Virus record (IMG/VR): IMGVR_UViG_3300020044_005112
Coordinates: 1 to 39,423 of that record
Source: a virus
Taxonomy: Duplodnaviria > Caudoviricetes
Length of the DNA: 39,423 bases
Strand: one strand, 5' to 3'
The notes under the pieces were generated by a model, which was not told the DNA's origin, did no database searches, and saw nothing but the letters and a program-made list of their open reading frames with translations. This document shows, piece by piece, positions 1 through 8,044 of the stretch; within the stretch, counting starts at the first letter, position 1, and each line of letters opens with the position of its first letter. Made by a program: the position numbers and the translations under genes.

Positions 1-121
1 GCGCGTTCGACATACTCGCGGCTGGCCAGCGGATAGGCGAACGTGACCGCCAGCGCGTCTGCGGCGTCAGGAGAGGCCAATCCGCGTGCTTTCATGTCCT
101 TCTTCGACTCCAGAAAGATCG
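1..121. repeat. Terminal direct repeat, copy 1 (identical to 39303-39423); circular genome or assembly overlap
   Basis: Bases 1-121 (gcgcgttcga...cagaaagatcg) are identical to 39303-39423, and the terL frame reads continuously across the join. Confidence 0.95.
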
Positions 122-1469
122 TGCCGCTGCTATCGGGCTTGGTCTTGGGGCCTGTCAGGTCCGCTTTGAGCTGCCGGTCGTTGGGCATGGACCCTGACTT
201 GATCCACTCGCGCATCGCGCCCCACATCTCCGCGCGCTTGTTGCCCCACATGATGGTGTTCTTGGCCTTCCAGCCAAAGTTCACCCCGCGCACCTTATAC
301 CGCTGCTCGGTCAGCCGGTCAAGTATGCCGTACCCCAGCCCGCCCTCATCCAACACCACCAGCGCCGGCTTGAACTCCTCTATCGCCTCGATGACGTGCC
401 CCACCACCGTCATCGTGTCGTCGCCCCGGTAGCGCCGCACGGCCAGCAGGTCGCGCCCTTGCCTAGCCACGATCACCGTCGCGTCCGCGCCGCTGCGCGC
501 CGGGTCCACCCCCAGCACGATAGGCGCGTCAGGGTTCTTGTAGCGTGGCCGGCGCATGGCCTCGTCCACTATGCGCGGGCTGATGAACTGGTCGTCGCCC
601 GAGCTTGGGAACTCCCCGTAGACCTCGATCCGGGCCTGCGGACTGTCCTCGCCGTACTCCGCGATGATCTGCTCGTACACCGCCTTGTCGGTATCCTCCA
701 CCGTGCGCGAGTCGATGTTGCGTGTGCGCCAGAAATCCCGCTTGGCGTTGAAGCACTCGTAGAAGTACCCACTGTTGCGCCGAGGGTTGCTGAACGCCGT
801 CCAGAACCGATGCGGCGTGTTCTCAGTGAAGAAGCCCTGCGCCACGTCCCAGATCGCGTCCGGTATGCCGCTGGCCTCATCGAACACCAGCAGCACGCCG
901 TCGCTGTTGTGCAGACCGGCGTAGCTGTCCGGGTTCTCCTCCGACCACAGCCGCCCCTCCGCGCCCCAGTACCGCGTGCCCTTGCGCAGGTCGCGCTCCA
1001 CCAGGTCCGTCAGCCACTTGGCCGGCGTCACCCTCGTCGCGCTGATCTCGTACCAGTGGCTGTTGATCAGCATCGCCAGCCACTTTGTGATCTCGGCCCA
1101 AGTAACGCTGCGCAACTGCGCTTCGCTGTTGGCACTCACGATCACGCTGGACCCGATGCGTGTGGTGATCATCCACAGCACCAACCAACTGACCAGCGCC
1201 GACTTGCCGATCCCGCGCCCTGACGCCATGGCCATTCGAAACACGCTGAAGTCCACCTTGCCGTTGTTCGACTTGATGTGCTCCTTCAGGTCGCGCAGCA
1301 CCTGACGCTGCCACGCTCGCGGCCCCTTGTAGCTGGCCAACGGCGTGTTCGCCTCGCCCCACGGAAACGCCAGCATCACGAACGCCTCAGGGTCGTCCTT
1401 GACCGCCGGGCTCCACAGCCGGGCCATCAGGGTCTGCTCGTCTTCAGCGCTGTACTTCGGCTGCTGCAT
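1..1469 (-). CDS. terL: Terminase large subunit, main part; continues across the circular junction to the stop at 39245-39247 (508 aa in total)
   Basis: Not in the ORF track because it wraps. Manual translation from ATG 1469 gives MQQPKYSAEDEQ..., Walker A ASGRGIGKS, Walker B LLVFDEASGI, nuclease motif LGVDPARSGAD and C-terminal SPDAADALA. It lies between terS and portal. Confidence 0.93.
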   Translation of the reverse strand, partial: MQQPKYSAEDEQTLMARLWSPAVKDDPEAFVMLAFPWGEANTPLASYKGPRAWQRQVLRDLKEHIKSNNGKVDFSVFRMAMASGRGIGKSALVSWLVLWMITTRIGSSVIVSANSEAQLRSVTWAEITKWLAMLINSHWYEISATRVTPAKWLTDLVERDLRKGTRYWGAEGRLWSEENPDSYAGLHNSDGVLLVFDEASGIPDAIWDVAQGFFTENTPHRFWTAFSNPRRNSGYFYECFNAKRDFWRTRNIDSRTVEDTDKAVYEQIIAEYGEDSPQARIEVYGEFPSSGDDQFISPRIVDEAMRRPRYKNPDAPIVLGVDPARSGADATVIVARQGRDLLAVRRYRGDDTMTVVGHVIEAIEEFKPALVVLDEGGLGYGILDRLTEQRYKVRGVNFGWKAKNTIMWGNKRAEMWGAMREWIKSGSMPNDRQLKADLTGPKTKPDSSGTIFLESKKDMKARGLASPDAADALAVTFAYPLASREYVER

Positions 1470-1917
1470 GTGTTGGCGCGGCTATTGACGCCGGCTTCGG
1501 TTGGTGTTCGATGACGTCCACGACGTCGCTTGGGATCTGCATGACGCGCTGCTCAGCCTTCTCCAGCGCCATGCTGATGCTGATCTGCTGCGCCACGTCC
1601 ACCTGCACCTGCTGCTTGGCGACCCAGTCGTGCCGGTGCTTGAGCATGTCCATCGCCGCCTTGGAGTCGCCATTACGCGCCGCCGTGTAGACGACGTGGC
1701 TCATTTCCCCTTCAGCGTCGGCGTAACCCTTCTGCACCGCCAGCTCGGCTATCGGGTCCATCTGACACAGACGCCGGTACTCAATCGGCAGCAAGCCAGC
1801 GTTCAACGCCAGGTTGTCGCCGCGCAGGCCCAGCTTGGCCGCGTTGTACAGCTTCTGCAACACAGCCTCGGTCGCCTTGACCTCACGCGCCGTGATTGGG
1901 AGTGACTGAAAGCTCAT
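1444..1917 (-). CDS. terS: Terminase small subunit (157 aa, start MSFQSLPITAREVK)
   Basis: Directly upstream of and overlapping the terL start; helical, with LYNAAKLG...GDSKAAMDMLKHRHDW. The ORF-track extension to 2160 runs through non-coding repeats. Confidence 0.7.
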   Translation of the reverse strand: MSFQSLPITAREVKATEAVLQKLYNAAKLGLRGDNLALNAGLLPIEYRRLCQMDPIAELAVQKGYADAEGEMSHVVYTAARNGDSKAAMDMLKHRHDWVAKQQVQVDVAQQISISMALEKAEQRVMQIPSDVVDVIEHQPKPASIAAPTHAAAEVQR

Positions 1918-1924
1918 GCCCGTA

Positions 1925-1952
1925 ATGTTACAGGTTGTTGGACGGTTTGCAA
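1925..1952 (-). promoter_or_regulatory. Putative promoter for the terS/late operon (possibly a leaderless transcript)
   Basis: Minus strand TTGCAA-16 bp-TAACAT, 7 nt before the terS ATG; no SD is visible. Confidence 0.45.
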
Positions 1953-2100
1953 GTGTAAGGTGGTGTTTTACGGTGTTGTGCAATAAAAAATTTTGTTTGT
2001 GAGCCCTTCGTTTTTGACCGCTCAGGCCGCCGGCCCCCCCCTCCCCCCTCCTGGCGCGCAGCCGCCGCGTCCTGGCCGCGCAGCCGCAAGCCCCGCAGCC

Positions 2101-2442
2101 GTGGGCAGTGATGGGCAGTGCCCACAGCATTCCGTTTCCATCTGCACCATGGGCAGTCATGGGCAGTGCCCCTGCCGGTCGGTGTCATGGCCATGTGGTG
2201 GTGGCGTGGTGGCGCGGGGGCTTTGGGGCGCCGGGGGAGTGTGGGCAGTTGGGCAGTCTGGGTAGTGTTTTGACTACCCAGCGACCCGTTGCGCCGCTCA
2301 ACACATTTCTGTACTGTTACACCAACATCATTTGGCTTTCAACTTCAACTTTGTAGACTACCCAAACATACCCCTTAGAGGGAAAAGCACTCCACCCAAA
2401 CAGCCCTTGCGCTCGCCCAAACTTCGCCCCTGCCCCTACCCA
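2101..2442. repeat. Convergent array of TGGG(C/T)AGT / (A)CTACCCA motifs; candidate replication origin
   Basis: TGGGCAGT at 2102, 2112, 2150, 2160, 2242 and 2250; TGGGTAGT at 2259; inverted copies at 2273, 2357 and 2436; central hairpin CTGGGTAGT-gttttg-ACTACCCAG (2258-2281). Lies in the largest non-coding gap. Confidence 0.6.
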
Positions 2443-2483
2443 AAGCGCCCATCAGCCACGCAAAAAAGCCCGAAATGCGCCTG

Positions 2484-2513
2484 TTGACGTTCTATTCTTA
2501 ACTGTTATACAAT
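2484..2513 (+). promoter_or_regulatory. Sigma70-like early promoter
   Basis: TTGACG-18 bp-TACAAT in an AT-rich patch upstream of ORF 2542. Confidence 0.6.
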
Positions 2514-2541
2514 CTAACTTCACTTTCACGGATTAACTGTT

Positions 2542-3003
2542 ATGCAACTGTCAACACCTCGATCAACCACGCGTCTTGCCTACGGCTTTGACCAACTTAA
2601 GAAGCCCGGCGACTGCCTCACGTTCGCGCCGCATGCTGTTGCCTATAACACCCTGTCCGCTGCAGCGTATGCGTATGCGCGCCGCCACGGCTGGCGCTGC
2701 AGTTTGGAGACCCTGCCAAACGGCAGCATTCGTGTCTGGCGCGCGCGGCCAGCGCGTGAGTCTGTTGCGCAACAGCGTACGCGCGACTTTGACGCTGCGC
2801 GACTTGAGAATGTCTCGCGCATCTTGGCGTACATCGCGTCGACACCTGGGCGCACGCCTAGCGAAGTGATCGCGGCGCTGGATCTCGATTTCCTCGGATT
2901 CACTGGCGCTCTGCGCTGGTTGCGTGAGCAAGGACTGATCCAAAGCCAGCCTGACGGCACTCTCGTTGCGCAAGCTCCACAGTCCAAGCCCGTCACCCCT
3001 TGA
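2542..3003 (+). CDS. Putative DNA-binding protein (C-terminal winged-helix-like)
   Basis: 153 aa following a promoter; C-terminal RILAYIASTPGRTPSEVIAALDL...ALRWLREQGLI resembles a wHTH. Confidence 0.55.
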   Translation: MQLSTPRSTTRLAYGFDQLKKPGDCLTFAPHAVAYNTLSAAAYAYARRHGWRCSLETLPNGSIRVWRARPARESVAQQRTRDFDAARLENVSRILAYIASTPGRTPSEVIAALDLDFLGFTGALRWLREQGLIQSQPDGTLVAQAPQSKPVTP

Positions 3004-3027
3004 CCCTGCAAGGGAATGTCTTACACT
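3000..3027 (+). promoter_or_regulatory. Sigma70-like promoter with an operator-like imperfect palindrome in the spacer
   Basis: TTGACC-16 bp-TACACT; TGCAAG-N7-CTTACA at 3007-3025. Confidence 0.5.
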
Positions 3028-3057
3028 ACACCTACCAACCAACCCGGAGCCCCCACC

Positions 3058-3390
3058 ATGACACTCAATGACGCCCTCGACACTCAATTGCTTGCGCTAT
3101 TCGGCCAAGCATCCGCCGATGATGCGGCGCGCGCTGCTGCGCTGCTGGGCTCCGATGATGGGCGCGCATGGTCTGCAGCGCGCGATGCTGCGGCGCTGGA
3201 GCGCCAACAGCGCGAAGCCGCTGATGATGCCGCCCGCGCGGCTTCGTGGGCCGCGCATGCTGCGGCGCTGGCTGGCCTCAAGGCCAGCGCGAAGACCTGC
3301 CCTAAATGCTTAGGGCGCGGCATGCTGGAGCAATACCGTCACCGCGCCGCCGGTGTCTGCTATCGCTGTAGCGGTAGCGGCGCAGTTTGA
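3058..3390 (+). CDS. Hypothetical protein with a C-terminal DnaJ-type zinc finger (110 aa)
   Basis: SD GGAG before ATG 3058; CPKCLGRG...CYRCSGSG (CxxCxGxG twice). Confidence 0.7.
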   Translation: MTLNDALDTQLLALFGQASADDAARAAALLGSDDGRAWSAARDAAALERQQREAADDAARAASWAAHAAALAGLKASAKTCPKCLGRGMLEQYRHRAAGVCYRCSGSGAV

Positions 3391-3401
3391 AAGGCCACGC
3401 C

Positions 3402-3599
3402 ATGAAAACCTTTCAGACCACGCGCAACTACGTTGCATGCCTGCATCCCGTTGCGGGCTTGATCGTTCATTCGGCGCGCAAGCCCGGCGGCGTCCAGATG
3501 CGTCCGAATCATCCTCAATTCGCTGAGTACGTCGACGCCTTCGAGACGGCCATCGACGCCACCGAAGCCGATGCGCTTTGCCGCGCACTCCTCAACTAA
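3402..3599 (+). CDS. Hypothetical early protein (65 aa)
   Basis: SD AAAGG before ATG 3402; fills the gap between co-directional genes. Confidence 0.6.
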   Translation: MKTFQTTRNYVACLHPVAGLIVHSARKPGGVQMRPNHPQFAEYVDAFETAIDATEADALCRALLN

Positions 3600-3613
3600 T
3601 CGGAGCCCCCACC

Positions 3614-3691
3614 ATGACCCGCATTCGTGACGTCCTTTTCGCTATCGCCTTCGGGCTCGCCATCGGCGCGCTGATTGCTGCCGGAATCTAA
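3614..3691 (+). CDS. Small membrane peptide (25 aa, MTRIRDVLFAIAFGLAIGALIAAGI)
   Basis: Same 18-bp RBS/start block as ORF 3058; a single hydrophobic segment; below the ORF-track cutoff. Confidence 0.6.
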   Translation: MTRIRDVLFAIAFGLAIGALIAAGI

Positions 3692-3718
3692 CCCCATCAC
3701 ACATCAGGAGAGACAACC

Positions 3719-3952
3719 ATGACCCCCAAAGCAATCCTTCGTATGGCAAAGCCCTTCAAGGCCACCATCGGCGCGCATGTGCCTTTGATCGGCGATTCCA
3801 ACGTCACGCACGACGACTACCAGCGCGCGCGCGCCGAAAGTGACGCGGCAGTCCAGCGCGCCAAGTACTTGATCCAACACCTTGCCAATCGCCATGACGC
3901 TGTGCTGTTTGCGCGCGCCGTTGGCATGCCCGGCTACATCAATATGCGTTGA
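3719..3952 (+). CDS. Hypothetical protein (77 aa)
   Basis: Strong SD AGGAG before ATG 3719. Confidence 0.65.
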   Translation: MTPKAILRMAKPFKATIGAHVPLIGDSNVTHDDYQRARAESDAAVQRAKYLIQHLANRHDAVLFARAVGMPGYINMR

Positions 3953-4034
3953 CGTATCCGCCTAGGCGCCCCCATCGGGCGCCTATGGGATGCGCCACGC
4001 ATCGCAGTCCAATCCAATCAAATGAGGTAACACC

Positions 4035-4325
4035 ATGCGCGACACCACACATAACGGCTGGGCCAACTACGCCACTTGGCGTGTCAACCTTGAAATCTTC
4101 GACGGCATGACGCTGGACGACTTCGGCGCAGCCGATGACTCGGCGTGGCTGGTCGGCAAAGCTCTGCGCGACTACGCCGAAGAGCTGATCGAGTCCACCA
4201 GCTCAGAAGGTCTCGCGCGTGATTACGCGCTGGCCTTCCTGTCCGATGTCGATTGGGAAGAAATCGCGCAGCACATGATCGACGCCTACGCCGAAGAAAA
4301 CGCCGAAGAGGAGCCCGCCGAATGA
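4035..4325 (+). CDS. Acidic phage early protein of the NGWxNYxTW type (96 aa)
   Basis: SD GAGGT; the motif HNGWANYATWRVNL is widespread in phage early proteins; very acidic. Confidence 0.75.
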   Translation: MRDTTHNGWANYATWRVNLEIFDGMTLDDFGAADDSAWLVGKALRDYAEELIESTSSEGLARDYALAFLSDVDWEEIAQHMIDAYAEENAEEEPAE

Positions 4326-4489
4326 GCCGCTCCAACCCCATGCACCACACGCCCCCGGCCAGGACGCCAAAAGCCCCCGTATGGCCCTTCCCGGCCTCGC
4401 CCCTGCACTACCCCTCACTGGCCCCCGACGCGCGGCCACAGCGCGCGCCTAAGCCCGACCACGCATCGATGCCCGATGCACCATTCTGA
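4322..4489 (+). CDS. Proline-rich hypothetical protein (55 aa)
   Basis: ATGA overlap with the upstream stop; contains a WPFP motif and ends in APF. Confidence 0.5.
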   Translation: MSRSNPMHHTPPARTPKAPVWPFPASPLHYPSLAPDARPQRAPKPDHASMPDAPF

Positions 4490-4503
4490 AAGGACCACGC
4501 ACC

Positions 4504-4854
4504 ATGAACCCGATCATGATTCCCTGCCTAGACCCCGACAAACCCTTGACCCGTTCGGAGTACCTCGACGAACGGCGCGAGGGTTATCCCGCTGGCCAAC
4601 TAGAGCGCCTGCGCGAGCACGCGCAGCGCATGGAGCTTGCCGAAACCCGCGAGGATCTCGGCAAACTGTACGAGGACATCGTCGGGTACAACCTACTCGA
4701 CGATGAACCCGACGCGACCGAGGAGCACTTGCGCGATATGTGTGACGGGTTCTTGCGCGAGGAGTGCTACTCGCTGGGCATCCACTGCGACGATGTGTTC
4801 AACCCCTGCGTGACCGACAGCACGCGCTCTAACGGCCCATGGGGGCGCGCGTGA
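4504..4854 (+). CDS. Acidic hypothetical protein (116 aa)
   Basis: SD AAAGGA; translationally coupled to the next gene (GTGA). Confidence 0.65.
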   Translation: MNPIMIPCLDPDKPLTRSEYLDERREGYPAGQLERLREHAQRMELAETREDLGKLYEDIVGYNLLDDEPDATEEHLRDMCDGFLREECYSLGIHCDDVFNPCVTDSTRSNGPWGRA

Positions 4855-5447
4855 GAGTGCTCGTCGCATGCGAGTACAGCGGCGCAGTCAGGGATGCGTT
4901 TTTGCGCGCCGGACATGACGCCATGAGTTGCGACCTACTCCCCACGGACGCGCCGGGACCACACTATCAGGGGGACGTCCGCGACATCATCGGCGACGGC
5001 TGGGATTTGATGGTGGCGCATCCGCCCTGCACCTACCTGTGCGGCATGGGCATATGGTGGAACCACAAACGCCCCGAACGCTGGGAGCAAACTCACCAGG
5101 CGGCCGATTTTGTGCGGCTTTTATGGGGCGCGCCAATTCCGCGCATCGCCATTGAAAACCCCGTAGGCTGGTTGAATAGTAATTGGCAAACGCCCGCGCA
5201 AATAATCAACCCGTGGCAATTCGGGCACGAAGCAAACAAGCCGACCTGCCTGTGGCTAAAAAACCTCCCGCCGCTGGCGCCCACTGATCTAGTGGGCAAG
5301 GGTGAGTTCTACACAAAAGCCAACGGCCAACGCATGAGCAAGTGGTCGCACATCACAAGCGGCACCCGCGCCGAACGCTGGAAGATTGCCGCCGCCACGT
5401 TTTCGGGCATCGCCCAGGCGATGGCCGACCAATGGGGGCGCGCATGA
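4851..5447 (+). CDS. Small phage-type DNA cytosine methyltransferase-like protein (198 aa)
   Basis: RVLVACEYSGAVRDAF (motif I-like), SCD, GDV, AHPPCTYL (catalytic PC), IAIENPVG (motif VI), FGH..KPTCLWL. Confidence 0.8.
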   Translation: MRVLVACEYSGAVRDAFLRAGHDAMSCDLLPTDAPGPHYQGDVRDIIGDGWDLMVAHPPCTYLCGMGIWWNHKRPERWEQTHQAADFVRLLWGAPIPRIAIENPVGWLNSNWQTPAQIINPWQFGHEANKPTCLWLKNLPPLAPTDLVGKGEFYTKANGQRMSKWSHITSGTRAERWKIAAATFSGIAQAMADQWGRA

Positions 5448-5506
5448 TCTGGGCCGTCCTTGCCGCAGCGCTGGCTGCTTGCGTCATCATCGCGCTGGAC
5501 CTATGA
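5444..5506 (+). CDS. Small membrane peptide (20 aa, MIWAVLAAALAACVIIALDL)
   Basis: ATGA-coupled to the MTase stop; almost entirely hydrophobic; last ORF before the terminator. Confidence 0.45.
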   Translation: MIWAVLAAALAACVIIALDL

Positions 5507-5558
5507 TCTAGGCGTTTCTCCGCTAGTTGTCTCCCTGATCGCCCCCTCGAAGGGCGTT

Positions 5559-5589
5559 AAAAAGCCGCCTAACAAGGCGGCTTCTTTTT
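5559..5589. terminator. Bidirectional intrinsic terminator between the convergent early and replication operons
   Basis: AAAAAGCCGCCT-aaca-AGGCGGCTTCTTTTT. Confidence 0.8.
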
Positions 5590-5604
5590 GGCTACTGACC
5601 CCTG

Positions 5605-7926
5605 TCAGGCCGTTTTCACGAGCGCCAAGGGCCCGCTAACGGCTGCGCGCGCCTCTATCGCGTCACGGGCGTCGGCCTTGTTGCCCCTCCAGTCAGGGGA
5701 CACGAAGATGTGTTTCTTGGTTTTGAAGTTCTTCGAGTGGCACATGCCCAGATCCGCCCATCCGGCGTCGGTCAGGGCGTGAATCAGGGACGACGGGAAG
5801 ATGCGCGCGCCAGCGGGCGCTTGGCCCTGCAGGCGGTCGGCGAATGCGCCCCACGGGCCGCCGACGATGCCGCCTGCAAACTCACCGCGCCCGTCGCGGA
5901 TCATCTCTATCAGCCAGGACTCCGCCAGCGGGCGGGCCGCGCTCAGCATCGCTTCCTTCGCGTCCGTCCACATCGGGGCCGCGCCAGGATCGAAGGCGGC
6001 CACGTCACGCGCGTGCAGCCAGCCCGCGACGGCCTCGAAGCCGCCGTGACCTAACCAGTCCCAGAACTCCCGCGCGCGCTCCATACGCGGCGCATGCGTC
6101 CAAGTCACAAACCAGCGGCGGTCCTCGGTTGACAGAGCGATAGCGCCGCGCTCATTGGTGAACGCGACTACCTGCGCGCGGTTCGGGACCATGTACGGGT
6201 GCATCCCTTTGCGCTCGACGACCAGCAGCTCAGGCGGCGCTGCGATGATACTTTTCAGGCGGTTTTCGAGCGCCCGGCGGTCGCTGGCGTCCGACTGGCG
6301 TAGCTCATTGATGACGATGACCTCGGCCTCAAGGTGATAGCCCCACTGGGTCTGCAGGCGGTCGTTCTCCAGCAGCGCCACGTTATGGCGCGCGGGGCCG
6401 CCAATGGCCCAAAAGAAGGGAGCCCACATCGTATCCTTGCCCGCGCCAGCAGTCCCGCCGTGGAGGATCGCGTGGTTGACCTTGATGCGAGGGTTTTGGA
6501 CCTTGAACGCCATCACGTCCAGCACATGCGCCCGCTCGGCAGGGTCGGGGATCATGCGCTCGACGTGCGCCAGCCACAGCGACACGTCACCTCCACCGGC
6601 CACGGTCGGGCGGGCGTTGCGCCAGCGGTTCGCGTAGATGTTGCCGTCCCTCGTACACAGCGTCGTCTCGCCCGCCGCGTAAGTGACACCGGCCAGCACC
6701 TTAGCGTTCATGTCCTGCCGGTGTTCGTCAAAACTGATCGACGCCTCGACGGTGCGGGGCTTACCGGCAGCGGTCGGATGGATGCTGATGCAGCGGATGT
6801 GGCGGAACAGCGCGTTGAAGCCGTTACGGCTGACCTCGGTCAGCTCTTGTAGGTCGAAGTAGGAATCCTCTGGCAGGATGTAGGCGAACCGGCTAAACCA
6901 CGCCTTCATTTCCGTGCGCCCGGCCTCCTTGCGCTCCACCTCAGCGATCAGGCGCTGCGCCTCATCGGTAGCACCCGGCGGTGGCGGGGGCAGCGAGCCA
7001 GCCAAGCGCGTCTGCAGCAGCTCCTCACGCAGGCCAGGCGCGTGAGATGGCCCGCCCTGCTCGGCCACCCAGCGCAGGAACGTGACGCTGTTCAGGTCGA
7101 TGCAATGCGAGTGCAGGCAGCAGAACGCCCGCGAGGCGGGCATGTAGCGCCCCTCGGGGTTGCCGTCCGTGTGCTGGTCGGCCTGCGGGCACATGACGCC
7201 CATCCACCCTTCAGCGTTGGGCCTACTGAGCACCAACCCCTGCTCCGACAGCCACGCGGCCACATCGTCGCCGCCGTCGTCCGCGAGGCGGATCGACCGG
7301 GGCCCTGCGCTCTCAGGCGCGCCGGGGACCACGCCCAGAGCGGCGCAGATGTCCTCCAGCGTGTACTCTCGGGCGCGCTCCCACTCCACCAAGCGCGAGG
7401 CGAACGCCTCACGGCCCGGCTTGAAGTTGACGCTGCCAGGGATGCGGAAGTTGCGCACCGGGTTGCATGCGCCGGGGTCAGTAAAACCGGCGTCCGCCAC
7501 GGCGCGGATGGCCGCCGCGAACTCGGCCTTGGTCGGCTGTTCGCTGAAGGCGTAACCCCACTGAAAGTTACCGGCGCTGGTCTCCATGACCCACGTTGGA
7601 GGCAGCGGGGGCGTCTTGGACTTGGTGCCGATGTCGTCCAGCACCATCACAAGGACGTACTCGCAGTTGGCGGCGCTGGCGCTGGGGCGGCCATCGACGA
7701 ACCGCTCACGCATGAACGACGCTGTGTTGCCGTACCACGCCTCTCCCGCAATGTTGCCGTGCTTCGGCAAGAACGCCGGCCAAGTGGCTTTGATAGCGCC
7801 GTCGGCGTGGTACTCAATCGGCTCGCGGGGCTTCTGGCGCACGATCAGCGCCGTCTCGCCTTCCGGGGCCAGCGAGGCCAGCCACTGTACGAACTCCCTG
7901 CTTACGGTATCATCGGATCTTCTCAC
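5605..7926 (-). CDS. Primase-helicase: RepB-type primase N-terminal domain plus SF3/DUF5906-like helicase (about 773 aa)
   Basis: SD AAGGAG 7 nt before GTG 7926; VMVLDDIG, WVMETSAGNFQWGY, NFRIPGSVN (RepB primase); Zn-binding CPQADQH...CLHSHC; Walker A GGTAGAGKD; Walker B IVINE. Confidence 0.85.
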   Translation of the reverse strand: MRRSDDTVSREFVQWLASLAPEGETALIVRQKPREPIEYHADGAIKATWPAFLPKHGNIAGEAWYGNTASFMRERFVDGRPSASAANCEYVLVMVLDDIGTKSKTPPLPPTWVMETSAGNFQWGYAFSEQPTKAEFAAAIRAVADAGFTDPGACNPVRNFRIPGSVNFKPGREAFASRLVEWERAREYTLEDICAALGVVPGAPESAGPRSIRLADDGGDDVAAWLSEQGLVLSRPNAEGWMGVMCPQADQHTDGNPEGRYMPASRAFCCLHSHCIDLNSVTFLRWVAEQGGPSHAPGLREELLQTRLAGSLPPPPPGATDEAQRLIAEVERKEAGRTEMKAWFSRFAYILPEDSYFDLQELTEVSRNGFNALFRHIRCISIHPTAAGKPRTVEASISFDEHRQDMNAKVLAGVTYAAGETTLCTRDGNIYANRWRNARPTVAGGGDVSLWLAHVERMIPDPAERAHVLDVMAFKVQNPRIKVNHAILHGGTAGAGKDTMWAPFFWAIGGPARHNVALLENDRLQTQWGYHLEAEVIVINELRQSDASDRRALENRLKSIIAAPPELLVVERKGMHPYMVPNRAQVVAFTNERGAIALSTEDRRWFVTWTHAPRMERAREFWDWLGHGGFEAVAGWLHARDVAAFDPGAAPMWTDAKEAMLSAARPLAESWLIEMIRDGRGEFAGGIVGGPWGAFADRLQGQAPAGARIFPSSLIHALTDAGWADLGMCHSKNFKTKKHIFVSPDWRGNKADARDAIEARAAVSGPLALVKTA

Positions 7927-7944
7927 GTCGCATCTCCTTGAAGA

Positions 7945-7977
7945 AACGCCCGCCAGGCCGTCACCTGCGCGGGCGTT
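7945..7977 (-). promoter_or_regulatory. Stem-loop immediately upstream of the primase SD (attenuator or translational control)
   Basis: AACGCCCGC-CAGG-ccgtca-CCTG-C-GCGGGCGTT, followed on the minus strand by TCTTC then AAGGAG. Confidence 0.45.
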
Positions 7978-8044
7978 GTTGTTTACACGGTTTCCAATTC
8001 GCAGGTGTTGCTGCCATCGGCGCAAGAGATGCACGGCACCACGT

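Noticed and set aside
43-1362. ORF-track calls over the terL region (43-432, 396-1223, 877-1362 and others)
   Set aside because: These are shadows; the real gene is terL on the minus strand, missed because its stop lies across the junction.
2101-2280. Short repeats as a mini-CRISPR array
   Set aside because: The units are only 8 bp, irregularly spaced and switch orientation; there is no repeat-spacer periodicity.
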